This document shows positions 42,374-57,149 of a DNA stretch of 64,000 nt, piece by piece. The notes under the pieces were generated by a model. That model was not told where the DNA came from. It did no database searches and was given only the letters and a program-made list of their open reading frames with translations. Origin of the DNA: Octopus vulgaris (Eukaryota). The position numbers were made by a program, and so were the translations under genes. Numbering within the stretch: the stretch's first letter is position 1; each line of letters opens with the position of its first letter. Location: the NCBI GenBank assembly GCA_951406725.2, contig OX597816.1, forward strand, positions 164,486,001-164,550,000. The letters are read 5' to 3'.

Positions 42374-42914
42374 TCGTTTTGTAACTAATTGTATTTTTTG
42401 TACATGTATTTTTATTTTTGCAGTTTTATTGTTTGTCTATGCCAGAAAAAAGGCTTTTTCGTTCGTCCTCTTGTGTGTTTGTTTTTGTACATGTATTTTA
42501 ATTTTGCAGTTTTATTGTTACGTCTTGTTTGTGTTCGTACTCATTTTGCCCCGCTGCTTGGAATTTTATTTTAATTCTCTCGCAGGAAGGCCTATTGGAT
42601 TAGTGTTCTGTCTTGCCTTCGAAACATGCCTGACTCCTCTAGCGACAGCTGATGACGGGGGTTTTGTCCTTGTGTAGCTCGTCCTGTATTTGTTTTTCGT
42701 TTTCTTGTTTTTCGCTTTCCGTTTTCTTGTTTTTTGTTTTTTGGTTTTTTCCGTTTCTACGTCTTATTGTGATGTCCTGTACTCCCGTATAATTATTTAT
42801 ATATGCATGTATATATACATGTAGATGTAGGTACGTACATATATGTTTGTATGTATGCATATATTTTTATTTATCTCCTATATATATATACATGTTTTTT
42901 GGTAAGGCTTGTTT

Positions 42915-42978
42915 ATGCGATTACCTTGGGTTTCACGTCCAGATAGGGCTTAGCTTTATGGCGTATCATCAGATCCCA
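42915..42978 (-). ncRNA. Type I hammerhead-like motif
   Basis: TGGGAT-CTGATGA-TACGCCA..TGGACGT-GAAA-CC(CAA)GG-TA-ATCGCA. Confidence 0.6.
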
Positions 42979-43096
42979 AAACCTGTTGGCTAAAAGCCTC
43001 TCTAGCGAGTGACCTCTCTAGAGTATGGGGAGAGAAAGGACCCCGTTATTCAATGTCAAAAAAGGTGATTGTCTTCCCTTGGCCTATTGATCGCCG

Positions 43097-43144
<48 letters not shown>

Positions 43145-43669
43145 ATATATTTTCATGTTTATATATTTTCATATAAAATTTTATGTTCCGAACAATAGTC
43201 CATCACGCGAAGTCACATTTCGGACTTTTGTCACGACCAATTTATTTCAAAGCAGTTGTTTCTCTTGCCCAAATTCCTACTCACCGTCAGTGCTGGGTCT
43301 GTTATTGCCAACAAGCAACATCCAAATACTTTCGGGTGTAAATAATAAAAAAACAGTGAATATCGCATAATTCGCTTAAAAGAAAATCATCATCATCATC
43401 ATCATCATCACCTTCTTCCCCACTACCCTAATTCTCCTCATAATCATATCTACCACTACCACCACCACCACCACCACCACCACCACCTTTTCCTCCTTTT
43501 CCTCCTACTCCTCTTCCTCCTCCTCACTGTCATCTCCATATTCATCACCATCATCGTCACCGCCGTCGCCATCGTTTTCCTCATCCCCACTATCAATCTT
43601 CTCTTTTACTAAATCTTTAGCTTTCCTTTTTAACCTTTTTCATGGCCGTTCTTCTTCATACACACGATC

Positions 43670-45260
43670 TTCACCCTTCTCTCTTTCTCTCTCCTCCTCT
43701 TTCTGTCTTTCCCTTTCCACCCTCCCCTGTCTTTTTCGCTCCACCTCTCTCTGTCTTTCTCGCTCCACCTCTCTCTGTCTTTCTTTCTCCACCTCTCTCT
43801 GTCTTTCCTGTCTTTCTCGTTCCTTCTCTCTCAGTCTTTCTTTCTCCTCCTCTTTCTGTCTTTCTCTCCACCTCTCTCTCTGTCTTTCTCGTTCCTTCTC
43901 TCTCTGTCTTTCTTTCTCCTCCTCTCTCTGTCTTTCTCGTTCCTCCTCTCTCTGTCTTTCTCTCTCCACCTCTCTCAGTCTTTCTTTCTCCTCCTCTCTC
44001 CGTCTTTCTTTCTCCTCTTCTTTCTGTCTTTCTCTCTCCACCTCTCTCTGTCTTTCTCGCTCATCTCTCTGTCTTTCTCTCTCCCCCTCCCTCTGTCTTT
44101 CTCTCTCCCCCACTCTCTGCCTTTCTCTCTCCCCCCTCCCTCCGCCTTTCTCTCTCCCCCTTCCCTCTGTCTTTCTTGCATCTCCTTGCTCTGTCTTTCT
44201 CGCTCCTCCTCTCTTTGTTTCTCTCTCTCTCCTCCTCTCTCTGTCTTTCTCGCTCCTCCTCTCTCTGTCTTTCTTTCTCCTCCTCTCTCTGTCTTTCTCT
44301 CTCCTCCTCTTTCTGTCTTTCTCTCCACTTCTCTCTCTGTCTTTCTCGTTCCTTCTCTCTCAGTCTTTCTTTCTCCTCCTCTCTCTGTCTTTCTCGCTCC
44401 TCCTCTCTCTGTCTTTCTCTCTCCACCTCTCTCTGTCTTTCTCGTTCCTTCTCTCTCCGTCTTTCTTTCTCCTCCTCTTTCTGTCTTTCTCTCTCCACCT
44501 CTCTCTGTCTTTCTCTCTCCCACTCCCACAGTCTTTCTCTCTCCCCCACCCTCCGCCTTTCTCTCTCCCCCTCCCTCTGTCTTTCTCTCCCCCTCTTCCC
44601 TCTGTCTTTCTTGCATCTCCTTGCTCTGTCTTTCTCGCTCCTCCTCTCTTTGTTTCTCTCTCTCTCCTCCTCTCTCTGTCTTTCTCGCTCCTCCTCTCTC
44701 TGTCTTTTTCTCTCCACCTCTCTCTGTCTTTCTCGTTCCTTCTCTCTCCGTCTTTCTTTCTCCTCCTCTTTCTGTCTTTCTCTCTCCACCTCTCTCAGTC
44801 TTTCTTTCTCCTCCTCTCTCTGTCTTTCTCTCTCCTCCTCTTTCTGTCTTTCTCTCCACTTCTCTCTCTGTCTTTCTCGTTCCTTCTCTCTCAGTCTTTC
44901 TTTCTCCTACTCTCTCTGTCTTTCTCGCTCCTCCTCTCTCTGTCTTTCTCTCTCCACCTCTCTCTGTCTTTCTCTCTCCACCTCTCTCTGTCTTTCTCGT
45001 TCCTTCTCTCTCCGTCTTTCTTTCTCCTCCTCTTTCTGTCTTTCTCTCTCCACCTCTCTCTGTCTTTCTCGCTCATCTCTCTGCCTTTCTCTCTCCCCTC
45101 CCTCCGCCTTTCTCTCTCCCCCTCCCTCTGTCTTTCTTGCATCTCCTTGCTCTGTCTTTCTCGCTCCTCCTCTCTTTGTTTCTCTCTCTCTCTCTCCACC
45201 TCCCTCTCTCTTTCTCTCTCTCTCCCTCTCTCTCTGTCTTTCTCTCTCCTCCTCCTCTTC
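43670..45260. repeat. CT-rich ~24-bp minisatellite with higher-order blocks
   Basis: Unit ~TCTCTCTGTCTTTCTCTCTCCTCC; landmark CTTGCATCTCCTTGC recurs three times. Confidence 0.9.
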
Positions 45261-45783
45261 CCCCAGCAACTTCACTCTTTTCTCCTCTTTTCCTTTTATT
45301 CTCTCCATTTGTCCACTTTGATACCCGTCAAGTGTCTTTCAAACTTTCGCTATATTTGTCATTGTTTCCTTCTCTCTTTTCTTCTCCTCCAACCTCGCGC
45401 GCTCCACCTTGTCTTCCCTCCCACTCTCACTCCATCGTATCGTTGTCCCTCTCTCTTTTTATCATCCCGTCGTTGCCTCTCCCTTCACCATCTCTTCTTT
45501 TCCCTTTACTCCTTCCCTACCATATTTATATGCCTCTCTCCTCTCCCACTCTCTCCTCTCCCACTCTCTCCTCTCCCCCCCCTCTCTCTCTCTGTCTTTC
45601 TGCTTTCTACACTGACGCTCTCTTTTGTTTGTTTTTTCACACACTCTCTTCTCTCTTTCGGTCTCTGTCTCATTTTCTCTATCTGACTCTCTCTCTCTCT
45701 CACTTTCACTCTCTACTTGGCTCATTGTTTATCTGTCTTTTCTATTTTCTTTCAACCACCAACACCAACACAACCGTCACCAC

Positions 45784-45821
<38 letters not shown>

Positions 45822-45895
45822 CTACTATCATCTTCACAATCATTGTAATTGTCGTATTGTCTTCGCCGTTGCCATCGTCTTAATCAACGTCATCA

Positions 45896-45897
<2 letters not shown>

Positions 45898-45926
<29 letters not shown>

Positions 45927-46300
45927 CTTCTTCTTCTTCTTCTTCTTCTTTTTCTTCTTCGTCTTCTCTTTCTTCTTCGTCTTCTCTTTCTTCTTCGTCT
46001 TCTCTTTCTTCTTCGTCTTCTTCTTCTTCTTCTTCTTCTTCTTCTTCTTCTTCTTCTTCTTCTTCTTCTTCTTCGTCTTCTTTTTCTTCTTCGTCTTCTC
46101 TTTCTTCTTCGTCTTCTCTTTCTTCTTCGTCTTCTCTTTCTTCTTCGTCTTCTTCTTCTTCTTCTTCTTCTTCTTCTTCTTCGTCTTCTCTTTCTTCTTC
46201 GTCTTCTCTTTCTTCTTCGTCTTCTCTTTCTTCTTCGTCTTCTTCTTCTTCTTCTTCTTCTTCTTCTTCTTCTTCTTCTCCTCCTCCTTCTTCTTCTTTT

Positions 46301-46336
<36 letters not shown>

Positions 46337-46340
46337 TTTT
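45898..46340. repeat. (TTC)n with an 18-bp variant unit
   Basis: Directly visible. Confidence 0.9.
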
Positions 46341-46455
46341 GGCACCCTATATCCCCTTTCCTTCAACCTTATTTCTCCTTCATACTGCCGTTCTCTTCAC
46401 CCCTGTATATATTTAAACAGCCCCAAGACACGTTGTGAAAATAAGAGGGGACACC

Positions 46456-46532
<77 letters not shown>

Positions 46533-46937
46533 TATGTATATATAACTGCAGCCGATAAAGAAAGACTATCTATCACAGCTACTTGTGAAAGCAACAGAGA
46601 GAGAGAGAGGAGGTAGCAACTATCATACAAAACTATATTACAAGACTTTCCAATGCTTAAACTATTTTCTATTTGATTGGAAAATGGAGTTTTGTCCTCC
46701 TCGTGTGGTTTTTGTTGATTTTACTGATGGTTTAGTTGATAGTTTTTGTTGTTCGATGTTTGCTAATGGTTTTCTTTGTTTTTGTTTAATAAAGCGTGTT
46801 GTCAAACATGGTCGTCTGCACAGCATCTCCTTATCCCATTACATCTGTTGTCTTTCTCGCTGCCGCTTTCGTCGTCGTCGTTGTCGCTGTCGCTGCTGTT
46901 GTTAAAATTTGTTGTTGCTGCTGTTGGTCTTCTTCAT

Positions 46938-47674
46938 CTTCCTTCCTTCCTTCTTTCTTTCCTTCCTTCCCTCCTTCCTTCCTTCCTTCCTTCCTTCCTT
47001 CCTTTGTTTCTTCATTCCTTCCTTCCTTCCTTCCTTCTTTCCTTCCTTGCTTCCTTCTTTGCTTCTTTGCTTCCTTGCTTGCTTGCTTGCGTCCTTCCTT
47101 CCTTGCTTCCTTTCTTGCTTCTTTGCTTCCTTCCTTGCTTGCTTGCTTCCTTCCTTGCTTCCTTCCTTGCTTCCTTCCTTGCTTCTTTGCTTGCTTGCTT
47201 CCTTCCTTGCTTGCTTCCTTCCTTCCTTGCTTCCTTCTTTCCTTCCTTGCTTCCTTGCTTCCTTCCTTGCTTCCTTCCTTGCTTCTTTGCTTCCTTGCTT
47301 GCTTGCTTGCTTCCTTCCTTCCTTGCTTCCTTCCTTGCTTCTTTGCTTGCTTGCTTGCTTCCTTCCTTGCTTGCTTCCTTCCTTCCTTGCTTCCTTCTTT
47401 CCTTCCTTGCTTCCTTGCTTCCTTCCTTGCTTCCTTCCTTGCTTCTTTGCTTCCTTCTTTCCTTCCTTGCTTCCTTGCTTCCTTGCTTCCTTGCTTCCTT
47501 CCTTGCTTCCTTTCTTGCTTCTTTGCTTGCTTGCTTGCTTGCTTCCCTCCTTCCTTCCTTCCTTGCTTGCTTGCCTCCTTCCTTGCTTCTTTGCTTCCTT
47601 GCTTGCTTGCTTGCTTGCTTCCTTCCTTCCTTCCTTGCTTCTTTGCTTCCTTGCTTGCTTCCTTCCTTGCTTCT

Positions 47675-47712
<38 letters not shown>

Positions 47713-47830
47713 CCTTCCTTGCTTCCTTCCTTCCTTCCTTCCTTCCTTCCTTCCTTGCTTGCTTCCTTCCTTCCTTCCTTGCTTCCTTCCTTCCTTGCTT
47801 CCTTCCTTTCTTTCTTTCTTTCTTCCTTCT
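46938..47830. repeat. (CCTT)/(GCTT) tetranucleotide mosaic
   Basis: Directly visible. Confidence 0.9.
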
Positions 47831-48274
47831 TGCTCCTCCTCCACTTTTTCTCTTTTCTCTTCCTTCTTCATTTCTCTCCCTCTCCTTAACACGTCTTCAG
47901 AAGAACGACCGATGCGTGGAAGTGCATATGTGCATATATATACACACACATGTCTATGTTCTATGTATGAGGAGTGTGATCGCGCGCGATGTACGAGATG
48001 TGTGAGCATGTCTGACATGTGTGTCTATGCATGATGAGGAGGAAGGGCGATGGAATGAGAGAAAACTAGAGAAATTGAGATTGAGTTGTGTATTGCGTGT
48101 ATGTTTGTGTATATATATATATATGAATGAGTGTGTGTAACTATATATACACTACACACCATACGTATAAACTATAAACACAGCTCACCCACATTCACAG
48201 TCATACAGACAAACATACCTGCCGATCACGTTTGAAAAAAGTTGTGTATGCGTATGAATGTATTTGTATGCTGT

Positions 48275-48652
48275 GGAGGCGCAATGGCCCAGTGGTTAGG
48301 GCAGCGGACTCGCGGTCGTAGGATCGCGGTTTCGATTCCCAGACCGGGCGTTGTGAGTGTTTATTGAGCGAAAACACCTAAAGCTCCACGAGGCTCCGGC
48401 AGGGGATGGTGGTGATCCCTGCTGTACTCTTTCACCACAACTTTCTCTCACTCTTACTTCCTGTTTCTGTTGTACCTGTATTTCAAAGGGCCGGCCTTGT
48501 CACTCTCTGTGTCACGCTGAATATCCCCGAGAACTACGTTAAGGGTACACGTGTCTGTGGAGTGCTCAGCCACTTACACGTTAATTTCACGAGCAGGCTG
48601 TTCCGTTGATCGGATCAACCGGAACCCTCGTCGTCGGAACCGACGGAGTGCT
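48275..48652 (+). mobile_element. SINE C, full copy
   Basis: Near-identical to 20428-20803. Confidence 0.85.
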
Positions 48653-48709
48653 TCCATCCATCCATTTGTATGCTGTATGTTAGCGAGTATCAGCCTGTAG
48701 TATGTATAC

Positions 48710-48748
<39 letters not shown>

Positions 48749-48749
48749 C

Positions 48750-48938
48750 GTTGGCGATTTTTTTCCCTCCGACTTCCCTTCATTGGATCTTTCCTTTTTC
48801 TATGTTTCTGATGAAGAGCTCCGCTCGAAACGTTTAATCCTCCTTCTTCCTTTCCTTTCCTGAGCGTCCAATAACACTATACTTGTTCCACGTCCTCGCG
48901 TTTTTGTGTTTTCGCTTTGTGTTTTCAGGTTTGGATTA

Positions 48939-48945
<7 letters not shown>
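48750..48945 (+). mobile_element. Penelope-like terminal repeat with minimal HHR at 48804-48838
   Basis: CTGATGA-A-GAGC(TCC)GCTC-GAAAC-GTT; homologous to 41590-41745 (minus). Confidence 0.6.
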
Positions 48946-48989
<44 letters not shown>

Positions 48990-49000
48990 AAAATCTCTCC

Positions 49001-49044
<44 letters not shown>

Positions 49045-49068
49045 CAATGTAATCTATATATATATATA

Positions 49069-49228
49069 GGAGCACTCCGTCGGTTACGACGACGAGGGTC
49101 CCAGCTGATACGATCAACAGAACAGCTTGCTCGTGAAATTAATGTGTAAGTGACTGAGGACTCCACAGACACGCGTACCCTTAACGTTGTTCTCAGGGAG
49201 ATACAGCATGAAACAGAGTGTGACAAGG

Positions 49229-49230
<2 letters not shown>
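49069..49230 (-). mobile_element. SINE C/D 3' tail
   Basis: Reverse complement of the shared tail. Confidence 0.75.
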
Positions 49231-49275
<45 letters not shown>

Positions 49276-50094
49276 TATCTACACACACATATACATATGT
49301 GTATATGATAAAAACAGACGAATGGGTTATCTGATACTGCCACAATTGTTTCATTGAGCGTCTTTATTGTGACGTGCACATTGTACAGTCAGGTGTGTAG
49401 TATGCGCAACATATATAATTTTATGTATACGTTACGCAAGACTCAGCTCTTCAAATTTGCTAGATATTCCAGTGAGCAGTGACATGCTAAGCATGTGAGC
49501 AATGAGCAATTCATTGAAAAGAGAAATGTCGAATCAGAATTATCAACATCTAAGAAATGCAAAGCAGGTGGGACTAAAATGATTCAAGCAAAATAGTGAA
49601 TAGCAGAATTAGACTGTAACTTATAAAATAGTTAAAAGGCATAGCTATTCCAAAGATGTCAACAAACTTAACGCCATCATCCGTAAAACTGGTCCTGGCA
49701 AAACAGGCTTATATGCCAGCATATAGCAATCACCATGTATGACATTTGACCAAATCAAAACATTTTTTAACTCAGTAGCCGACATTTAAAGTGTTATATT
49801 GTTTAGTAGACCAAACGAGTGATATGGTTAATAAAGTCAAGCTTACATATTCATTTACTTAATTCCTATTGATTAAAATATATCGGTTAACCATTGTAGC
49901 AAATCGATTAAAATCATATAGGTTAAGTAGATAGATTGGATCAGTAATAGCTATAATAATTAAGAATTATGGGAAGCATAAGAAAATGCTAAAAGAATTT
50001 ATAAGAATAATAAAGAACTATAAAGGTCACTCACGTTTAAAGAATTTATAATAGTAGTAATAACGAATGTAATTCTTTTGGAATACTTGGGAGA

Positions 50095-50448
50095 TTGAAT
50101 AATGTTTATAATAATAGCTGTACGAATTATGGTAATGTAAATGTTGGTGGAATGGCTAACGCACATAGCAACTCTACTGATTATGGATGTGTACCGGAAA
50201 AGGATGCGATTTATGTAAACCACAATATACTCCTCCTGACTTTAACTACATTTTGTAATTGTAAAAGGAAATTTGAATGTCCTCAAAGAAACAAATGCCT
50301 AGCCAGAAACATTATATGTAAATGTGATGTTCAAGCTAATCTTCATACTTTCACATACGGAGTTTCTACTTATAATTTTAAATTAAAAATACAGAATCAT
50401 CCTCATACATTTAGAAGGAGAGCTGAAACGAAAGCAACAGGTAGATAG
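50095..50448 (+). pseudogene. Penelope-like element GIY-YIG endonuclease remnant
   Basis: CNCKRKFECPQRNKCLARNIICKCDV..TYGVSTYNFKLKIQNH..F matches the CNCxxxxxCP..C..IY..YIG..FKxRxxNH pattern. Confidence 0.7.
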
Positions 50449-50599
50449 ATAAATAAATAGATAGACAAATAGAAAGATGGATTGATAGATGGATGTATAG
50501 ATAGATGGATAGATAGATAGATAGATAGATAGATAGAGAGAGAGGGAGAGAGAGAGAGAGAATGAGAGAGAAAGAGAGAGATGGATTGATAGATGGGTG

Positions 50600-50649
<50 letters not shown>

Positions 50650-50896
50650 AACGGGGAGGAAATTGTGAACCACATATGAAGAAAATCAGTGTAAAAGGTT
50701 GAATGTGAGAGGAAAGGTGGGTGACAAAAGTGGGAAGATGGAGAGACAGAGTATGAGAAAAAAGGGAATGAAAATAACTGTATAAATGTATAAAATGAAA
50801 ATGGGTATGAGTGTGGTTATTCAAGTATCTATGAATGTGTGTGTGTAGTTTTGCGTGCATGTTTGTATGCATGCGTGTAAATGCGTATGTGTTTGC

Positions 50897-50942
<46 letters not shown>

Positions 50943-51072
50943 GGGAGATTTTGTGTGTCTGTGCATGTGTAATGTGTGTGAGTGCATGCGGGCGTCTGTA
51001 CATGCATGCATGTTTGTATGCACATGCTCGTTTGCATGTGTGGATGCGTACATGCGTGCGTGCGTGCGTGCG

Positions 51073-51105
<33 letters not shown>

Positions 51106-51277
51106 ATGTGCGTGTGCATGTAGGATTTCTGGCATGCATATGTCTCGTGAATTTCTGCACGTGTACGTGCGTACGAATGCATGCATGCGAGTGCATGTGC
51201 CTGCGTCTCTGTGTGTGTGTGTGTGGTTTGTAAACATCGATAGCACCCAAATGAAGTGAAAAGTGTCCGTGCATCAG

Positions 51278-52180
51278 CATCACCACTACAACCACCACCA
51301 TCACCACCACCACCACCACCACCACCACCACCACCACCACCACCACCACCACCACCATCACCACCACCATCACCACCACCACCATCACCACCACCACCAC
51401 CACCACCACCACCACCACCATCACCACCACCACCACCACCACCACCACCACCACCACCATCACCACCACCACCACCACCACCACCACCACCACCACCACC
51501 ACCACCATCACCACCACCACCACCACCACCACCACCACCACCATCACCACTACAATCACCACCACCACCACCCACCACAACCACCACCACCACCACCACC
51601 ACCACCACCACCACCACCACCACCACCACCACCACCATCACCACCACCACCACCACCACCACCACCACCACCACCACCACCACCACCACCACCATCACCA
51701 CCACCACCACCACCACCACCACCACCACCACCACCACCACCACCACCATCACCACCACCACCACCACCATCACCACTACAACCACCACCACCATCACCAC
51801 AACAGTCATCACCAGTACTATCATCAGCAGTATCAACCATCAGCTATCACCCGTACAACCACCATCACCTTCTCCATGAACACACTACCACCACCACCTC
51901 CACACTACCGTCGCCACCGTTATCACCACCACCACTATCACCACCACCATCACCACCATCACCCCCACCCCCACCACCACTATCACCACCACCACCATCA
52001 CCACCACCACCACCATCACCAGCATTATCATCACCAGTACCAACATCATCGCCAGTACAACCACCGTCACCACCAACACCAAAACCAACACCGCTACTTT
52101 CACCACCACCACCACCACCACCACCACCACCACCATACCACCATCATCACCATCATCATCATCATCATCATCAGCAGCAC
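51278..52180. repeat. (CAC)n/(CAT)n microsatellite
   Basis: Directly visible. Confidence 0.95.
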
Positions 52181-52606
52181 AGCAGCAGCTACAGCAGTCG
52201 CTATATTGACAAAGACCGGAAGTTCTCTTGACAAATCGATGTTTCACTATAGTGTCAGGACGTGGAGCCTTGCATTTGCCTGAGAGCAACAACAACGAAA
52301 CAATGTGTGACTCCTCCACGTGGTGCCAGACGGAAGGACTAGGCATCAAGTTGTTGCCATGGAGACAATAGAGGGTTTAGAAAGAAGTGTTAGCTTTGAA
52401 GAAGCTTTGAAGAAGTTAACACCTACTTGAAAGCGTGAAGATGTTGGAACTACTCCATATGCTGCACGTTGCACCATTCTGCAACACTCGAAGAAAAAAG
52501 GAAACTGCCACAATATATCACAATTACACATGCATACGAGCGTGCACACACATATGCACGAGTGAGCGCTACATGTATATGTGTGTGTGTCTGTGTGTGT
52601 ATATAT

Positions 52607-52688
<82 letters not shown>

Positions 52689-52950
52689 ATATATATGTAA
52701 TATATATATATGTAATTTGTGTATATATATATGTATATGTATATATGCATATATATATACATATATATATGTGCGTGTATATATATATATGTATGTGTGT
52801 GTATGTATATATATATATAAGAGATGGTGTCATTGAGACCCAAAGGTGTCAGATAATGCTGAATAAGTGCTATAGACAGAGCATAGTTAAGTTCCAGATT
52901 CAGTAATATTGCGAATAAAGGGTTCAACGTTGGTTCTATGTCAGCGTGTG

Positions 52951-53080
52951 TATATAAGAATTTTTTTTTGCGTAATAAGATAAAAAAAACCAAGGCTGTA
53001 TAGATATTAGACCATTTATAGATAAAAGGTCTAGACCTTTTATCTACAGCCTTGGTTTTTTTAATCTTATTACGCAAAAA

Positions 53081-53090
<10 letters not shown>
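52951..53090. repeat. Fold-back (inverted) remnant within a (TA)n region
   Basis: TTTGCGTAATAAGA..CCAAGGCTGTA / TACAGCCTTGG..TCTTATTACGCAAA; inner palindrome TAGATAAAAGGTCTAGACCTTTTATCTA. Confidence 0.8.
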
Positions 53091-53138
<48 letters not shown>

Positions 53139-53751
53139 CGTACTGACTTTCATGGGAAACATGTATTTTCGTGGTTGAAACCTTTTGGATTAACTGGTGC
53201 TAGAGTGAGCAATATAGTGACCACTCTCTTATATTTATTTTGTAAAAATATTATAATATGTTATAAAATATTATAATAATCCAGGTTTCTCGGAGCACTA
53301 GGCCACTTGGTGTTGAATAAATATACTATTAAATTAGTATCTAATTCTCTCACCCTTATTAATTAATTATATGTATATATATTCTTTTAGAAAATTTTAG
53401 AAAATAAAAATAAGAAATAAGTGGAAATTTTACCGGTGAGTGTGTTAAATTATAAGGCACAGAAAGAAAATGACTCTCCCCAGACACAACAGAAATGCTT
53501 CAACACACGAACTCAACACACGAATCTTGCAAACCAAATCCAAAAACGAAATATATTCTTTTATTCTTGAATTTGTTTCAGTCATTTGGCCAAGGTGACA
53601 CTTGCCCAAGGTGCCACGCAGTGGGACTGAACTCGGAACCATGTGGTTCGTAAGCAAGCTACTTACCATACAACCACTCCTACGCCTACCATGTTATTTA
53701 TATTTGGAAAATTTCCTCCTATATTTTTAAATTGCAAAGTTTTTGATCAAA

Positions 53752-53925
53752 TCTATTATATAAAATCCGTTCAGTCTGTCTGTGTGTGTGCCTTCTAGGA
53801 TTTCGGGCATCCTCCATCCTATTGCGCTCAAATTTGATATGTAGATACCGACGGTATCAGGGCGTGTATAAGTCTTGAAAAAAATTACAAAAATCGATTC
53901 CAGGTGAGAATGCGATCGATAAAGT
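53752..53925 (+). mobile_element. Helitron-like 5' end fragment
   Basis: A|TCTATTATATAAAA..GTCTGTCTGTGTG start resembling the 60738 element; no 3' end seen. Confidence 0.4.
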
Positions 53926-54429
53926 AAATAAAATCGTTTTTCTTTGGAATAGAAAAAAAGTCTATCTTTATTTCTTCTTTTGCTGGTGTCTCAAATTTAG
54001 GTTAAATCGGTGTTTCTCAAAGGGGAGGCCTATGGGACGGTCGAACAAGTTGTTTTGAGTCCATCGGACAGGGGGCGTTTTGCTCGTCCTCACTATGACA
54101 TCATGAACACTTCCAAATTATATTTCCGATCATATGAACGACTTTGAATATCATTTTCGCAAGTTTAAAGTGATTTCTTTTGTGTCGTAAACCATTTACC
54201 ATTTCTGTGGTGCCCCTCCCTTCCCTCGATGCCCTAAGCACATGCTTATTTTTGCTTAATGGTTAATCCAGCGCTGCATAATACGTGTCGGCGGGTCATT
54301 TTTAGCGTCACCAATGCCGTCTTCACTTATTTCAATGATTGCTGCCTCCCTGCCTTTGTCAAAACAAAGGATGCAGTGAGTGAGGTCACATGGCACAATG
54401 GTGCAGTAATTTCCAATCACCTCTGCAGA

Positions 54430-54826
54430 GGTGTAGGAGTGTCTTTGTGGTAAGTTGCTTGCTTACCAACCACATGGCTCCGGGTTCAGTCCCACTGCGT
54501 GGCACCTTGGGCAAGTGTCTTCTACTATAGCCTCGGGCCGACCAAAGCCTTGTGAGTGGATTTGGTAGACGGAAACCGAAAGAAGCCCATCGTATATATA
54601 TATGTACGTGTGTGTACATGTTTGTGTGTCTGTGTTCCCCCAACATCGCTTGAAAACCGATGCTTGTGTGTTTATGTACCCGTAACTTAGCGGTTCGGCA
54701 AAAGAGACCGATAGAATAAGTACTAGGTTTACAAAGAATAAGTCCGCGGGGTCGATTTGCTCGACTAAAGGCGGTGCCCCAGCATGGCCACAGTCAAATG
54801 ACTGAAACGAGTAAAAGAGTAAAAGA
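54430..54826 (+). mobile_element. SINE A, full copy
   Basis: Similar to other copies. Confidence 0.85.
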
Positions 54827-55623
54827 GACTAAACCAACAGAAACCTTGTCGATATTACGGCTTCCAGTTCAAATTACCTGTAAAATCTTCTATAACACAA
54901 CACTTTCTATCTTTATGGAAATGGCGATTATTTTGAGTTTATGGTTGTTTAGGGAAGACAAGTGAACTACCAAGTGGTTGGGATGTTTGGCATACGATCG
55001 TAATAAAGTGAAGTTCAATTCCTGGACCGCGCAGTCGTGTCCTTGAGCAAGATACTTCATGTCACATTGTTTCAGTTTACTCAGCTGTAAATTTGTACCA
55101 TAAGTGCTCGTCAGCTCTCTCTCTCACTATCTCTCGTTCTCTTCCCTTCTTTCTCTCCTCTCTCTCTCACTTCTTCTCCCCTCTTCTTCTCTTCCTTCTC
55201 TTTTCCATCCCCCTCTCTCCCTAACTGTCACATCCTGGATGTTCCACCAGGTGGGAGTGTCGAGAGGGTGTCTCAAACAATTAGTGAAGTCATGCTACAT
55301 GTTTCCAAGCCATACTTGTTCACAGGTGACGGTTAACTCTCTTATTGTTGTTTACCCTGGGACAAGACATTCTAGATGTGACCAGCCAATGCTTATAAAG
55401 TTATCTTGGACTACATTATCGAATGTACCCGGTTCAAGGTCAACCTGTGCCATAAGGCTTCACTCTGCGTGCTTTAGCTTCGTTACTATAGCAACAGTCC
55501 GGATACTTATTGATCACATCACGTAATTATTGGATTAGGACAAGAAACGCCACCTTGTTTGACATTAAATGCATGTGAAAAGATTGAAAAGGATGGTGGG
55601 GGACCGACTTATTACTCTTTTGT

Positions 55624-56022
55624 ACTCTTTTACTTGTTTCAGTCATTTTGACTGCGGCCATGCTGGAGCACCGCCTTTTAGTCGAGCAAATCGACCCCGG
55701 AACTTATTCTTTTTGTAAGCCCAGTACTTATTCGATCGGTCTCTTTTGCCGAACCGCTAAGTGACGGGGACATAAACACACCAGCATCGGTTGTCAACCA
55801 ATGCTAGAGGGACAAACACAGACACACAAACACACACACGCATACATATATGTATATACATATATACGACGGGCTTCTTTCAGTTTCCGTCTACCAAATC
55901 CACTCACAAGGGTTTGGTCGGCCCGAGGCTATAGTAGAAGACACTTGCCCAAGGTGCCACGCAGTGGGACTGAACCCGGAACCATGTGGTTGGTAGACAG
56001 GCTACTTACCACACAGCCACTC
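55624..56022 (-). mobile_element. SINE A, full copy
   Basis: Similar to other copies. Confidence 0.85.
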
Positions 56023-56364
56023 CATATTGTCAATATGGATAAAATCTGATTTTAAAAAATTATAACTTGTTTAATTCCATGGCGAAGAAAGAACAGTATA
56101 GATGTAATCTGTATTCTTCTTTGGAAGACATTCGATGGGGGAGGGGGTGCAAAAAGGTCCCTACTATTGGTGGTATACATGTACGTATATGAATACATAC
56201 ACACACATACACACATACACGCACACATATACAACAGACTTCTTTCAGTTTCCACTCACAAGGCTTTGGTCGGCCCGAGAAGACACTTGGCCAAGGTGCT
56301 ACGCAGTGGGACTGAACCCGAAACCATGTGGTTGGTCAGCAAGCTACCTACTACACTCCTGCAC

Positions 56365-56448
<84 letters not shown>

Positions 56449-56555
56449 TATACTTTATTTAAAGCTGCTTTAAATAAAGCATATTACTCTACCACTGGTA
56501 TTTGAGTACTCTTTTTCCACCTTGTTTCACATTTATGTGTTTACTCCGGTATATA

Positions 56556-56626
<71 letters not shown>

Positions 56627-56704
56627 TAAATATTAGGGAATAAATCCAAATTTACAGGGAAAAAAATCAGATTTAGGATTAAATCCAATTTTATAGTAAA
56701 ATAT

Positions 56705-57149
<445 letters not shown>

